Shown here: in pieces, positions 28,791 through 41,749 of the stretch
Numbering within the stretch: the stretch's first letter is position 1
Layout: every line of letters begins with the position of its first letter
Assembly: GCA_964016885.1 (NCBI GenBank)
Contig: OZ024740.1
Location: 67,022,001-67,086,000 of the forward strand
Origin: Eledone cirrhosa
Lineage: Eukaryota
Direction of reading: 5' to 3'
DNA length: 64,000 bases
Made by a program: the position numbers and the translations under genes
Notes under the pieces: model-generated
The model's input: the letters and a program-made list of their open reading frames with translations, nothing else
Told to the model about the DNA's origin: nothing
Databases searched by the model: none

Positions 28791-31071
28791 TATATATATA
28801 TATACAATGATATTAAATAAATGGAAACTATATTTATAAAACCATATTTATTCTATTATATATATTTCAAGGGTACAAAAACGTTGGTACGCTCTCATCA
28901 GATAAAATACAAAGTTTGTTTTATAAATATTGACATAACCAAGAAAAAATACCTTAACGGTTCAAGTTTTTCCTGGATAGTGAAGGAAAAGAGAAGAAAA
29001 GTCAGATATTTCAAATTATTAAGATTAGTATGCAAATGAGTTTGAGGTATAGGGCTCAAAAAAACGTTATTTTTAGACGCTATACAGAATTTAAATAATT
29101 AGGATATATGTATAAGTAGGAAGAAGAAAAAAAAGAAAGAAGAGTTTTATTTACATTAATTTATAAAGAATTAACAGCTTGCAGGAATCGTATAATATGA
29201 TTCCAGAATTTAAAATTTATTTAGCTGTATTATGAGTTATAATATTGTATATATAATCAATTAGATTATATGAAGAATTATGGTTGTAAGTAGATTTTAT
29301 CTTATTACATTACTACAGGCTGTAAGTATATAAATATCTATATAGATTAATAATTGTGCATGTATAAGTATTATAGAAATAGAAATGTCACAATCATTAG
29401 TTGTTTATATTTCTCATATGAGTTACGAAGGATGTTGATTCTGCATTTTACATAAAAAAACACGTAGTTCAAGTTGTAAGAGGAGAAGAATTCGTAGATT
29501 AAAATATTTTGTTCCAGCATTGAAAATATTTTCAGAATATTGTTATATAGTTTATCATACATATGTTTATGTTTACTCGATTGAAAAAAAAAAAGATAAC
29601 TCCAATCTTGTTTGTTAACCGTTAAATTTGATGAATGATTTACTCAGAAATTATATAGAGAAAATTATATATTATTTTGTGTGATATTAATTTCAATTAT
29701 ATATTATTTTAGTCGAAAAATGTGTGAAAGTTTGAAGATCAAAGAAGAGGAAAAAAGTAACTTGCATTTCGAAGAACTATCGTAAAGAGGAGGACTTTCA
29801 GAATGTCAATCCTAAACGGACGGTAGTCCGTTTAGTAATATTGTTGTGGTCGTGTTTTCGTTGGCAATCGTCTGTTTACGACAGTACAGCGCGGCTCTAC
29901 TTTATTTAACTGAGATAAAACTTATATGAGCATGAACAGTAGATCATTACGCATGTTTTGGCTTAAAAATCTAGAAATTTGGTCCAGCGGGAAAAAGTTT
30001 ATAATCAAAGTTTGCTGATAAATCTTGTGTTCAAGTGAGTGAGTAGTAAGCGTGACGCTAGGGGAGGTAATCCAGAAATGACGACGTTTGGAAAAGTTTA
30101 ATTACTGCATGAAAGAAATGATTCAAAAATTGAACTTGCCCAATCTTCACAACATTGAAAATTGGTCAAAATTTGACAAATCTGACTTCAAACCAGATAT
30201 GATTCATTTGAACAATGTTGGAAATCTTAAATTGACACAAATTTTTGCCAATGTTTTTGCCACCTGATCCTTGTTCTTTGGCTGACTGACTAATTTTGTG
30301 ACTTAATAAAATGTCATCATACTAGTAATGCACAATGGTCATTTTTAAATTTAAATTTTATTAAATAGTTGTTGCTTGCATTGCCTTAAAATAGTAACAA
30401 GAATGTACACATGCTTTTTAAAAATACATCATTATCAGTCAAATCAGTCAAATGTGACTAAAAGCCAGGTGGTCGATAACAACTTCTATAAGATTAGTTA
30501 CATGCTCACACATTGGATCACCTCTCATCAATGGCATTGGGTGTCTGAGATAATCGTGGAGATAACTGATGAAGTCACAAATGAAGTGATGGTCTTCCAG
30601 TGTGAACAACTCCCTATATCGATTGATATATGTGATGGCTTCCGATTCATAGGTGCATTGTATGAGGAATTCCATGCATCCGATTTTCAATGATTCAATG
30701 GGCATTTTATCAGAGATATTTGACCACGTTTTGCTTTGCAAGTAAGTTGGAGAGAATCACTGCAGTCAAAGTCATTTCTTTGCATGGGTTTTTGTCCATT
30801 CTAAAAAGTTAAAATGATAAAGTATTACTACTATATAACTTACATATATTGTTGTAACACCATTGAAATGCACAAGTTCACCAATTCACTATTATGCACT
30901 AATCATCTCAAATGCATTCATGGTTTACTAGCTTTGTCATTAAGCCAGTTGCCTCAACTAGATTGCAATTATACTCAAAAGAACTTTAAAATGTCAATCA
31001 CTTGTCAGTAATTCACTATAATCATTTAATTATTAGATAGTTGTTGCTTGCATTGCCTTAAAAAATAGTAG

Positions 31072-32137
31072 ACCAGATAGAAAAATGCGTACAGCAAAAA
31101 AAAGTAATATTGTTGGAATATAAACCTTTAAAAATACAGGACAAGAAACTAAAATAAAACTTTAAAAGAATAGGACAAGAAACTAAGATAAAACTTTAAA
31201 AGAATAGGACAAGAAACTAAGATAAAACTTTAAAGAATTGGACAAGAAATAAAAAATGTTACAATAATATTCGTGGCAACATTTTTTTATTCGTTTCCTG
31301 TGCATAATAATTGTCATGCTCTCATTGTGCGTTGACCCTGAGCGGTTGGTTCTGGTTGGGGTTGGTTGGCTGAGCAGTTCTGCTCCGTCAGAATGACCAT
31401 TGCAAGAAGAATTGGCCGATGCAGCTGCAGGTCTCCTCCAAGAATGCACTTCTGGTCCCGCAACACCAGACGAAGATGGAGAAGACGACTGGGACAAGAT
31501 GTCGACTCTGACCACCGACTACGCCACCTCCCTCAACCACCGGTCCTCCCTCCCTCTGTCCCGTCATCCCTCCAGTCCTCCTGCTCCCCCTTCCTGTACC
31601 AGAAAGCTGTGGCACGCATTCATCTAGACTGTCGGACTTGAACTCAAGGACAAGATGCAAGGAGAAGATGGACGGGTTGGTCAAGATCAAGGATGAGCGA
31701 GACGACAAGACCGTCCGCTGCTGCTCAAGATCTGTGCTCATGGGCCCATGGGTCCATTCACATTATGCATGACACATGAGGCGTGTCGCCGAATGATGAA
31801 ATAGGGGTATGGTTATGGCCCAATTGGTGTTCAAACCAGGATCAAATGATCCCCCGGTCTGACGACGACCTCTGAATGTGGAACCCAGAGCCTATGAATG
31901 TGGAACTCGATTTTTTACCAATAAAAATGTTGCCATTAATATTATCGTAAATTTTTTTATTTCTTGTCCAATTCTTTAAAGTTTTATCTTAGTTTCTTGT
32001 CCTATTCTTTTAAAGTTTTATCTTAGTTTCTTGTCCTATTCTTTTAAAGTTTTATTTTAGTTTCTTGTCCTGTATTTTTAATGGTTTATATTCCAACAAT
32101 ATTACTTTTTTTTGCTGTACGCATTTTTCTATCTGGT
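31072..32137. mobile_element. Non-autonomous foldback-like TIR element, ~220-bp TIRs containing 34-bp tandem subrepeats
   Basis: ACCAGATAGAAAAATGCGTACAGC... at left and its reverse complement at right; GGACAAGAAACTAARATAAAACTTTAAAAGAATA about 3.5 times per arm; GC-rich interior; no TSD recognised. Confidence 0.8.
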
Positions 32138-32198
32138 TAAAGATTATCAATCTACATCTAAAAAAATATATTTAGAGGAGTATCATTAAGAAAATAAT

Positions 32199-32300
32199 TG
32201 TTTCTACTATTGGCACAAGACCAACAATTACCCAGTACATTACAGGTACTTTATTTTATCGACCCCCGTAAGGATGAAACGCAAAGTTAACCTCGGCGGG
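32199..32300 (-). mobile_element. 5'-truncated SINE with 14-bp TSD
   Basis: Main SINE body; ATTAAGAAAATAAT at 32185-32198 and 32301-32314. Confidence 0.85.
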
Positions 32301-32967
32301 ATTAAGAAAATAATGTCAAATAGTAAAAATAGTAAAAATATTAAAAATTAAGAAGGAAGATGATTTTAAAAAATGTTTAATTTAAATTTTTAAAGAAAAT
32401 ACTCAGTAAATAATAGAATCATTTTAAAGGTGTATAAGATATAGTCAAGAGTAATGAATATCATAAATTAAAAATATTTCTGAAAGTGGAATTTTGGCGA
32501 TGTCTTCAACAAGAAAATGATTCTGTTTCAAGATTAATAGAGATTTGACAGTTAATTATATAAAAAATCTCCTCGATACACAAGTTACAGAATCTTGAGA
32601 AAGCCATATTTCGATATATATTTATTTGTAGGTATGTGTGCGCGCTTGTTATATACGTATTTATTTACTTATATACGTTTATATAATTATTTATTTATTT
32701 GTACACAAGCATACACACACACATATATTTATATGTGCGTGGCTTTGTATACATATGGTAAGGTTTTGCGTATGCTTGTGCATGTACGTATCTGTCTGAG
32801 TGTATGTATTTATTTGTTTCTATTACCTCTGTATTGTATTTATTTACTTTGTTCTTAACTCTGTAGCGGAGATTCATTTGGTCTCCTAGTTAGAATTTTA
32901 GTCTACGACTTCTGCTATACCATTTACATGGTTTTGTCTTTGAGTGCTATTGTTCTCCACGCTCCAC

Positions 32968-33310
32968 ATATGACTTATTATCTTCGTTTTTTCGTCCATT
33001 GCCAGAGAACGTCTCTATGCACCACCTAAGAGAACATTAGTCTACGACCTCTTTTATACCATAGACGTGGTTCTGTCTTTGCGCGTAATTGTTTTTCACC
33101 GCTCCTATTAATGACGTATTATTCGTTTTTTCCCATTCTTTGCCAGCGAACGTTACCACGTACCAAAGTATCGTCTTCCTGTCTTTCTCCGGTTGCAACG
33201 TTTTTTGAAATATCCAGTTCTGCGCTTACAGATTGACTTTGTTAGTTTCAGAAGATCCCGTTAAGGGTGAAAGCAGCGATTCTTTGCTTAAACTTTAATC
33301 TGTTATTTTA

Positions 33311-33360
<50 letters not shown>

Positions 33361-33843
33361 CCGAATAAATTACATTACCGATATAAAAGACACAGAAGCG
33401 AAAAGCGAAAACCAACCAAACAGTGAGTGTGTTCTGTTATTAATTCTGGCAATATTAAACAAATATGACTCTCCCCAAGTATAACAATATATATTTATTA
33501 AAATAACAGATTAAATTTTAAGCAAATATTCGCTGCTTTCACCCTAACGGGATCTTCTGAAAATGAGAAAGTCAATCTGTAAACGCAGAAGTAGATATTT
33601 CAAAAAACGTTGCAACCGGAGGAAGACAGGAAGGCGATACTTTGGTTCGTGGAAACGTTCCCTTGCAAAGAACGGGAAGAAACGAATATAATACGTCATT
33701 AATAGGAGCGGGAAAAAACAATTAGGCGCAAAGACAGAACCACGTTTATGGTATAAAAGAAGTCGTAGACTAATGTTCTCTTAGGTGGTTCATGGAGACG
33801 TTCTCTGGCAATGAACGGAAAAAACGAAGATAATAAGTCATAT
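32968..33843. repeat. Inverted repeat with ~350-bp arms (32968-33318 / 33491-33843)
   Basis: Arms are imperfect reverse complements; same family as the 7983-8329 palindrome; spacer is (TA)n plus a Penelope-terminus fragment. Confidence 0.88.
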
Positions 33844-33929
33844 TTGCTCTACGGTTCTTATATATTTGATATATATTTATCCTTATCGAGCCCTCTTTGT
33901 ATTTTAGTCTTCAAATTTATTATTATTAC

Positions 33930-34023
<94 letters not shown>

Positions 34024-34189
34024 CATATATATATTAATTTTGAGTATATGTTGGTTTTTTACTGACACCTCAGTATGCAGATTGTAGCACTCGATGAAGT
34101 ACGCAGGTTGGTTTGGTTACTCCGGAGTAATGTAAAATAAAATAAAATAAGTCAAATATTTAAAATTTGGCTTCGTTTATTAAAGATGT

Positions 34190-34244
34190 ACTGCTATATA
34201 TATTTCGGTGACAGCCATCATTGGCTGTGACCTCTTCGGGCAGT
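34190..34244 (-). ncRNA. Type I hammerhead motif
   Basis: ACTGC-CCGAAGA-GGTCACAGCCA(ATGA)TGGCTGTCACC-GAAA-TATATA-TA-GCAGT. Confidence 0.75.
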
Positions 34245-35007
34245 CCGAATTGGTGTGGTAGAGACAGGTACACATGTTGTTATAGTGTTTTACTCCGCCA
34301 ATACTGCGATATGTCCAGCTCCTGGTTGGGTCGTTATTTCTCTGAGGAACTGGAATCATATGAATTCCAACAAACGAATTGCGGCATCATAGGACACTCT
34401 CTCCTCCTATTGGTCAGTTGTAAGAACATTCCTCAGTCAAAAGTCTATAGAAATGTTTCTGAGGCAAGACAATCTGTGGTTGTTTTTGTTGAGTACAGCT
34501 GACCCTTGTGTTGGTAGTGGTATTAGTGTTAGGGTCCGCTGGCAGGTTAGCCTTAGTTCGGCTGGAAGTTCAAGCTGGACAGAACCCCGTACTCTCTGGC
34601 CTGCTCCAAAATCAGGAAAGTACCACCTGATAAAGGGGGATCTGGCATATGCAAACTATGTGTGAGTGAGACCCTCGAGATACTCAGCGGTTGAAGCAGC
34701 CTGATAAACCTCAGGACTGACTTCTTCGGTACATGTAGACACCTCAGGGCTGGGACCTTCCTCAAGCTATATGGACAATAACCACACATTGGTATGGGAT
34801 CTTCCCTCAAGCTATAAGGACAGTAGCCCCGCGACACCGAGCCGACGGTAAACCACCTCCTACACAATCACCACCCCTACCCCTGCCTCGATCGACTCCT
34901 ATGGCAACACATACTTATGCATATGTCCATACATAGATACTGTTGTTTAAGATTGTACATGCACAGATACTTACATGTGTGTGTGTATGTGTGTGTGTGT
35001 GTGTGTG

Positions 35008-35088
<81 letters not shown>

Positions 35089-35924
35089 ATATGTGTGGAT
35101 ATGGGATGCATCTGGGCCTGTCTTTGTGCGTGTGTGCTTGCAACGATGTGAGTTGACATACACGCATATGTACTGTATGCCGAAATAAGAACTGTAGTCT
35201 TCTGCATTCCCGGTTTTCAACACTCGGTTTCTGGTGTTTTACACTCCACCCTTGTCTCATTTGCTCTTAAAACGCACCACACCACGATAGTGTAAAGATT
35301 GTAATCCTTTGCACTTCTCGATTCTGACACAAAGCCTTTCTCCTTCAGTCAATATTTTCCAAATCTTTCAAACTTTGAGATTGGTTATAACACACACGCA
35401 TTTTATTTTATGCTTTTATTTATTTATTTTTTTTTTATTTCTTCATTTTATTATCTCTTATTTTTTTATTTCTTCATTTTACTTTGTCTTATTTCTTTAT
35501 CTGTTTGACCCCCCCCCCCCCCCCATCACCACCTCGTGAAATGGTGGCAGGATAGATGCCAACCCACACACAGAAATTCTTCTAAACATAGCAGCAGCTG
35601 AACTAGAGCTGACCTGCCAGCTGACCCCCTAACACCAATATCACTACCAACACAAGGGAGGAGGTCAGCTGTACTTAACAAAAACAACCACAACAAATTG
35701 TCTTGTCTCAGAAAAATTTCTATAGACTTTTGACTGAGGAATGTTCTCACAACTGACCAATGGGAGGAGAGAGTGTCCTATAATGCCGGAAATCGTTTGT
35801 TCGAATTCGTATGATTCCAGTTCCTCAGAGAAATAACAACCCATCCAGGAGCTGATGTATCGGAGTATTGACGGAGTAAAACACTTTAACAACATTTGTA
35901 CTTGTCTCTACCACACCAATTCGG

Positions 35925-35979
35925 ACTGCCTGAAGAGGTCACAGGCAATGATGGCTGTCACCGTAATATATATAGCAGT
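35925..35979 (+). ncRNA. Type I hammerhead motif, probably inactivated (GAAA to GTAA)
   Basis: ACTGC-CTGAAGA-GGTCACAGGCA(ATGA)TGGCTGTCACC-GTAA-TATATA-TA-GCAGT. Confidence 0.7.
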
Positions 35980-36050
35980 ACATCTTTAATAAACGAAGCC
36001 ACATTTTAAATATTTGACTTAATTATTGTATTACATATATATATATATAT

Positions 36051-36159
36051 ATAGGAACGAGTAGGGGTCCTACTCGTTCCTATTACCCACTCTACTACCC
36101 TAAGTATTGAGTACTTTGGTGCGTTATGGTCCATCTGGCTCATTACCACATTTCCTTCG

Positions 36160-36160
<1 letters not shown>
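36051..36160. mobile_element. Short TA-embedded repeat with collapsed terminal hairpin
   Basis: ATAGGAACGAGTAGG-GGT-CCTACTCGTTCCTAT hairpin followed by the shared family body. Confidence 0.75.
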
Positions 36161-36243
<83 letters not shown>

Positions 36244-37058
36244 GTTATCATATACATAAAATTAAAGATATATATATGTTGCAACTGTTCACTTTTAAGC
36301 TCTATGAAGAATTAATAAATTAAAATCAAAAAATCAAAAAATCAGAGCATTATATCATAAATCATGAAATCTTTAGAATCATCAGATATTAAAATATATA
36401 CTATTTCTTCTTCTAATTAGCATAATTAACCATATACAAAACCAAATCTAGCAAGCTTTAAGAATAAATTTTCTATGGGGAAATCTCTGACAAACAATCG
36501 ATCGTAGCCTTTTCGCGGCAGCCCCGTTCCATTATTTATCGAACATTTCGACAGCATGTAGACTCCGACTAAATATACCATCAACCACACACAATTAGTA
36601 GTATATATATATAAAGGAATTTGTAGTTGAAGCATTGTATATGGTATAAAGAAATCGAAGTTTGAAAACCAGGAAAACTCAGGTTTAGACGGAAAAGGTT
36701 TAGACGGAGAATAATTAAATCGTAAGAAACAGGGCTTGTTTGTTTACCTTAATTTATTAATATGTCCTGATATTTCAAGATTAATATTTATTTTTCCAAG
36801 GAAAATAAGGGACTTATGAATGAATTAAGGTAAAGAAGCAAACCCTCTTTCTTACAATTTAGTTATTCTCCGTATAAATATGCATTGCCGTGGCTTTCAA
36901 ACTTCGAATTCGTTATATATATATATATATATAGGGGGGGGGGCATGTGTGTGTGTGCGTGTGTGTCTATATACATAAATATATATTTCCCTAAATTGCC
37001 TCACAGAACACGTTCGTATTCCTCCATCCAGCTACTTAATCTTTTATTCTTGATGCTA

Positions 37059-37094
37059 TCTTCTGATGAAGGACTACTGTCCGAAACGCGATGA
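37059..37094 (+). ncRNA. Degenerate minimal hammerhead motif
   Basis: CTGATGA-A-GGAC(TACT)GTCC-GAAA-CGCG; core and stem II intact, UH cleavage site lost. Confidence 0.5.
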
Positions 37095-37198
37095 CTCTTT
37101 TCCCACTATGTCAAAAGTTATACTAATTTATTTCGTTATCGTACAGTATTCTTTTGTTTGTTGTTTTGATTTAGTGTTCGCACACGCACACACACATT

Positions 37199-37266
<68 letters not shown>

Positions 37267-37405
37267 AAAAAGGCTGGATTCCAATATCCTTCAATGTTTT
37301 ATAAAACACAATGCGTATTTCCTTCCCACCAAACTCCATCTACATAACTATTTATACTATTTATCTAGCAAGCTATCTTCCACTCAACATAACAAACACA
37401 CACAC

Positions 37406-37521
<116 letters not shown>

Positions 37522-38587
37522 CCTAATTTAGTGGATATATGTTGATAACCATTTAAGATAATATGGAGAAAAAAAATTCTCTAAGTCAGTCAGATAAATA
37601 GAAAATGAATTATGTCGATGTTTGAATAGCACAGACGGAGAAGATCAAAGAAAATCGTGGATTCAAGCTCCTTTATATACTCTATTGCAATGGAGAATTT
37701 ATTAAAGTATATATATTTTTTATAAACTCCCGTCATTTTGGGTACTATGTTAGTATATATATATGCTAACGTGTGTGGTGTGTCTGCGTGATGGGAGGGT
37801 AGGAAGAAAGATGGCCTTCCTCACAGTGTCCATCTGCCGAGTTCCCTTAAAACATCATTGGTGGAATTTGTCCCGGTTGCCTAGCTGTGACATCGGATTT
37901 CTTACCCATGGGACTTCCCTTTCTCATATATCTAAAACCACTTAGCAGTTTGATATTAATTTGGGGAATAATCGGCATCGGAAAGTCGGACGAACGAAGC
38001 AATGTTTCCATTGATCTTTCTATTGGTTATATTATTTCTTAATCACAACTCTTGGCATAGGCTTCAACACGTTGTCGTTTACAAGAAATTTGATTTGAAC
38101 TCAGAACACACTAAACCGCAACAAGTACACAAAGCCTACCGTCTAATTCTAATAAATACGACAATCTATAGCTCGTGTATTAGAATACTCCTTCTCGATC
38201 CCCAAAAGCCGAAAGGCAAAGTTGGTATCGATGTAATACGAACTCATAGCATAGAGAGCCGGAACAAATGACTTTACTAATTCGGCACTTATAAAGAGTA
38301 GCAATAGAACATCGGTTACCGAACATAATGATGGATACTTTATATCGTCCTACTGATATTAGCTTAATAATTATTTATTGTGAATAAATATAATAGTAAA
38401 ATTGTCGTATAATAATTTTCAAGATAGATATTCTAAATCGCATCTGGTTTTCTTAAATAAGGATAGGGTACGTTGGATAATGTATTCCAGGATATAGCTT
38501 ATATTGCTTTGTTTATGATTTGATCACTTGGTCAGGGTTGACTTTATCTCAATAACAATACCAACAAAAACATGATTAAATAATAAT

Positions 38588-38780
38588 TGTTTCTACTTTT
38601 GGTACAAGACCAACAATTATCCCAGTACATTACTGGTACTTCATTTTATCGACCCCGTAAGGATGAACGGCAAAGATAACCTTTGAGGGATTTGAACTCT
38701 GAGTGTAAAGGGTCGTAATTCTATGTTGCGAAACATGGCGTCCGGTTTTTTTTATCGATACTGCCAATCCAACGCCCTAC
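38588..38780 (-). mobile_element. tRNA-derived SINE, full length, with probable TSD ATTAAATAATAAT
   Basis: Reverse complement of the main SINE consensus; 13-mer at 38575-38587 and 38786-38798. Confidence 0.8.
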
Positions 38781-38849
38781 GATATATTAAATAATAATAA
38801 TGTTACTGAATAATTGTGTTACTGAATGATAAGTAAGTGATATTTAATA

Positions 38850-39749
38850 TCTATATATATAAAACTAAGGATGTCTGTGTGTGTGTGAATTTGAATCCCT
38901 AAAACTCGAGAACCACCCAACCGACTGTTTTCAAACTTTACACATATAATACTGTACTTATGTTTCAAGGAGTGTTCTGAGCAAAAAAAATGTCAAATGT
39001 TCAATGCCCTAGGGACCGCATTAGGCGATTGAACGATCTCTCTCTATTATTCTTAGTCTTTCTCTTTTTAGATAGATACATACATATAACGTTGCGCCCT
39101 TATAATATCTGTCTGTATGTCTGTATGTCTGCATTACGTCACTTCCCTGAGGATGTTTGTTTGTTTGTGTCTGTGAGTTTGAATCCCTAAAGCTCGAGAA
39201 GTACCCATCCGACTTTTTTCAAACTGTACATGTGTATTACTTATGTTCCAGGAAGTGTTACGCACATAACAAATTCAACTTTTTCATTCCTTAGGGCCCG
39301 CATTAGTTGAAAAACTGCGTTTTTTCAGCCTTTTAGAGGTTTTTTGAGTCGTTACGTCAGACTGATTTCCTTGAAATTGTAACTATGTATTAGTCTGTCT
39401 CTTCTTCATACCGTGAGCAAAGAAAATCCAACTTTGTTATGGTCTAGGGCCCGCATTAGATGAAAAACTTCATTTTTCCAGCTTTTTAGGGCTTTTTTGA
39501 GGCGTTACGTCTAGCCGATTTTTCCTGAAATTTCAAGGCATATTCTTGATTCCCTTGTGCCCGCATGAGGTGAAAACCTGCATTTTTCCTGCTTCATCGA
39601 GGAAAATCTTAAAGATTATCCAGCCATCAGAGTATTCGGTTTATTTTCTTTACATATTGTCCACGCATGCAGTTTTTCCACGATTAGGTCTGTTGGCAGC
39701 CTGCTTTCCAAAATACATTATCCCGTGCAACGCCGGGTACCACTGCTAG
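38850..39749 (+). mobile_element. Non-autonomous Helitron (900 bp)
   Basis: Begins TC after A, ends CTAG before T, subterminal hairpin CCCG-TGCAACGC-CGGG, no TSD; internal duplications; second partial copy at 23265-23548. Confidence 0.75.
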
Positions 39750-39842
39750 TCTACTATATATTTACAATTTGAAAACGATAATTGCCGTACGCTACCAGTG
39801 TTTATTACTATATATATAAATATTGTTTTATCTCTTCTACAG

Positions 39843-40157
39843 ATGCTGAAATTGAACATGCGGCCTACTGCAGAATGGGGTCCAGCGCGCAAAGAAGATC
39901 GTATTGAGCGTTATAGTGCGGATTCGCTTGGGATCCACAAAATACAATGCCTTCCAGAATCGGCTAGTGTTAATGGATTAGCTAATGCTGTTCAGCATGC
40001 CAGCAGCTTGTCTACCATCAATTCATACGTTCCAAACTCAGTCAGTGGTTCAATGACCTCATTCAACAATGCTGCTAGCACTACGACATTACCTACTGCT
40101 AATGATATCAATCTTAACACAAAAAGCAACGTGGTCAAATCAGAATCTATATTGTGA
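39843..40157 (+). CDS. Terminal coding exon of the SLC6-family transporter (cytoplasmic C-tail)
   Basis: tctcttctacag acceptor, phase 0 matching the donor at 25602; MLKLNMRPTAEWGPARKEDR contains the SLC6 P---WGP motif; ends ...KSESIL-TGA. Confidence 0.8.
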   Translation: MLKLNMRPTAEWGPARKEDRIERYSADSLGIHKIQCLPESASVNGLANAVQHASSLSTINSYVPNSVSGSMTSFNNAASTTTLPTANDINLNTKSNVVKSESIL

Positions 40158-40829
40158 TTCTAAAAATACTATTAAAAAATGTCTAAAAAATATTAAACAA
40201 AAAGAAAACACTACAGAATCATAATATGATACACATACATTATGACAGTTTAAAAATAAACTTCCCCCGACAAACATAAACACAAACGTTGATTTTGAAA
40301 TTTTGTATAATTTCAAATGACAGAAGTTCAAAAGAAGCAAAGCAACCGGAAGGAAAGTGTGAGAGGGAGAGAATTTGATGAAAGCGATAAAGAATGTGAG
40401 ATAAAGAAAGAGAAAGACTTGGGAAGGAGAATGAAAGACAGTGTGAAAGAGTGAGGGAATAAATGAATCGAATGTATACGAGTGCGTGGTCTGAAATTTT
40501 AAAACGTAATAAATATTCATGTAAAGAACAAAGAATCCATAAATATATCTTGATCACTCATACACTTAAACACCATTTCCGTGTTTTGTTTCATGTTATA
40601 TTTTCGTAATAATCAGTTATTTACTGTTTTATTTATTTTGAACATTTGTATATATATTTAAATATGTTTTTGTAAATTTATAGTCATTTTTTTAAACATT
40701 TAATTATTTCTTTGTTGTATTAATAAAGTGAAAAAATTAAACGTTATACAGTAGATTTAAACCGCTAGCTACAGATTCGGTGTTTCGATTTACATAGGAG
40801 ATAACTTTAAACAACCATTGGTTTATTTT

Positions 40830-41320
40830 TAAAAATGCATGGAAAGCTCTTGCTACATTAATGCTATGTAAACGTTAGGACAACTCTTACGACATTAAGG
40901 ACCGTTAAAAACATAAATAGTCTTTACGACGTTACCCATTAATTACCCGTTAAAATGCGTAAAGAGCACAAATGAGATTAGTTACCGGTAAGAAATCACG
41001 AGCAAGACAATTCTAACGACCTTAATGCACATTAAAATTACGAACAATGCTTTCCATGTTAATGCCCATCATAGAAATGCACCAACAACACTTACGACAT
41101 TAACGGTCATTAAATAGGCATTAATATCTAGGACGAAATTAAGGGATGAACAGCTCTTACGGCATTAAAGCCGAGATTGGACATTCATGGGCATTAAAAC
41201 ATGTAAGAACATCGCTTGCAAATTAAATGCTTTTTAAAAAGGATGAATCATATTTACGACCGTAATAACCACAAACAAGCATAAACAACTATTACGGTAT
41301 TAGTACCTATTAAAATGTAT
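40830..41320. repeat. Degenerate ~40-45-bp minisatellite
   Basis: Recurrent (C)TTACGACATTAA...CATTAAAA-like cores at roughly regular spacing. Confidence 0.55.
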
Positions 41321-41749
41321 AGGTATCGTTTTATTTCCCATAAAAAAAATGAAAAAATTCAGGGAAATATATGTTGCCACTACAAATAGCTAGCATGAAA
41401 AAAATAGCTGTAATTAAGGGCGGTCATTTATCAGTATATTTGAGCAATGGATTTATTTTGAATTCTTACCTTCTGAGTGCAATTTCCACAACGAAGTATT
41501 CTTTTCACCATTTCTGGGTAGATAAAATAAAGTATGATTCCAAAACAGGCATCGATTTAAGCGATAAACTCCTCCCTCTAAATATATGAATATGTACCTG
41601 GGTTAGAAACATTATTATCATCCAATGATATTAAATTACAGAAATAAATTGTAGAGTGCATAATTTAGTTACAGTCCCAGTCGAGATGGGCTTTGCATTT
41701 CATACGATCACCATCATCATTAGCACCACTATTATAGCCATGAGGTGTC

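Larger units (their letters stand above)
34140..36020. repeat. Inverted repeat with ~420-bp arms (~34140-34565 / ~35595-36020), each carrying an HHR near the outer end
   Basis: Arms align as diverged reverse complements; ~1-kb spacer includes (TG)n. Confidence 0.85.

Noticed and set aside
31139-31250. 34-bp repeats as a possible CRISPR or iteron array
   Set aside because: Contiguous tandem units without spacers, mirrored in the opposite TIR.
40830-41320. CRISPR-like repeat/spacer appearance
   Set aside because: Repeats are too degenerate, the intervening parts resemble each other, there are no cas genes, and the context is eukaryotic.
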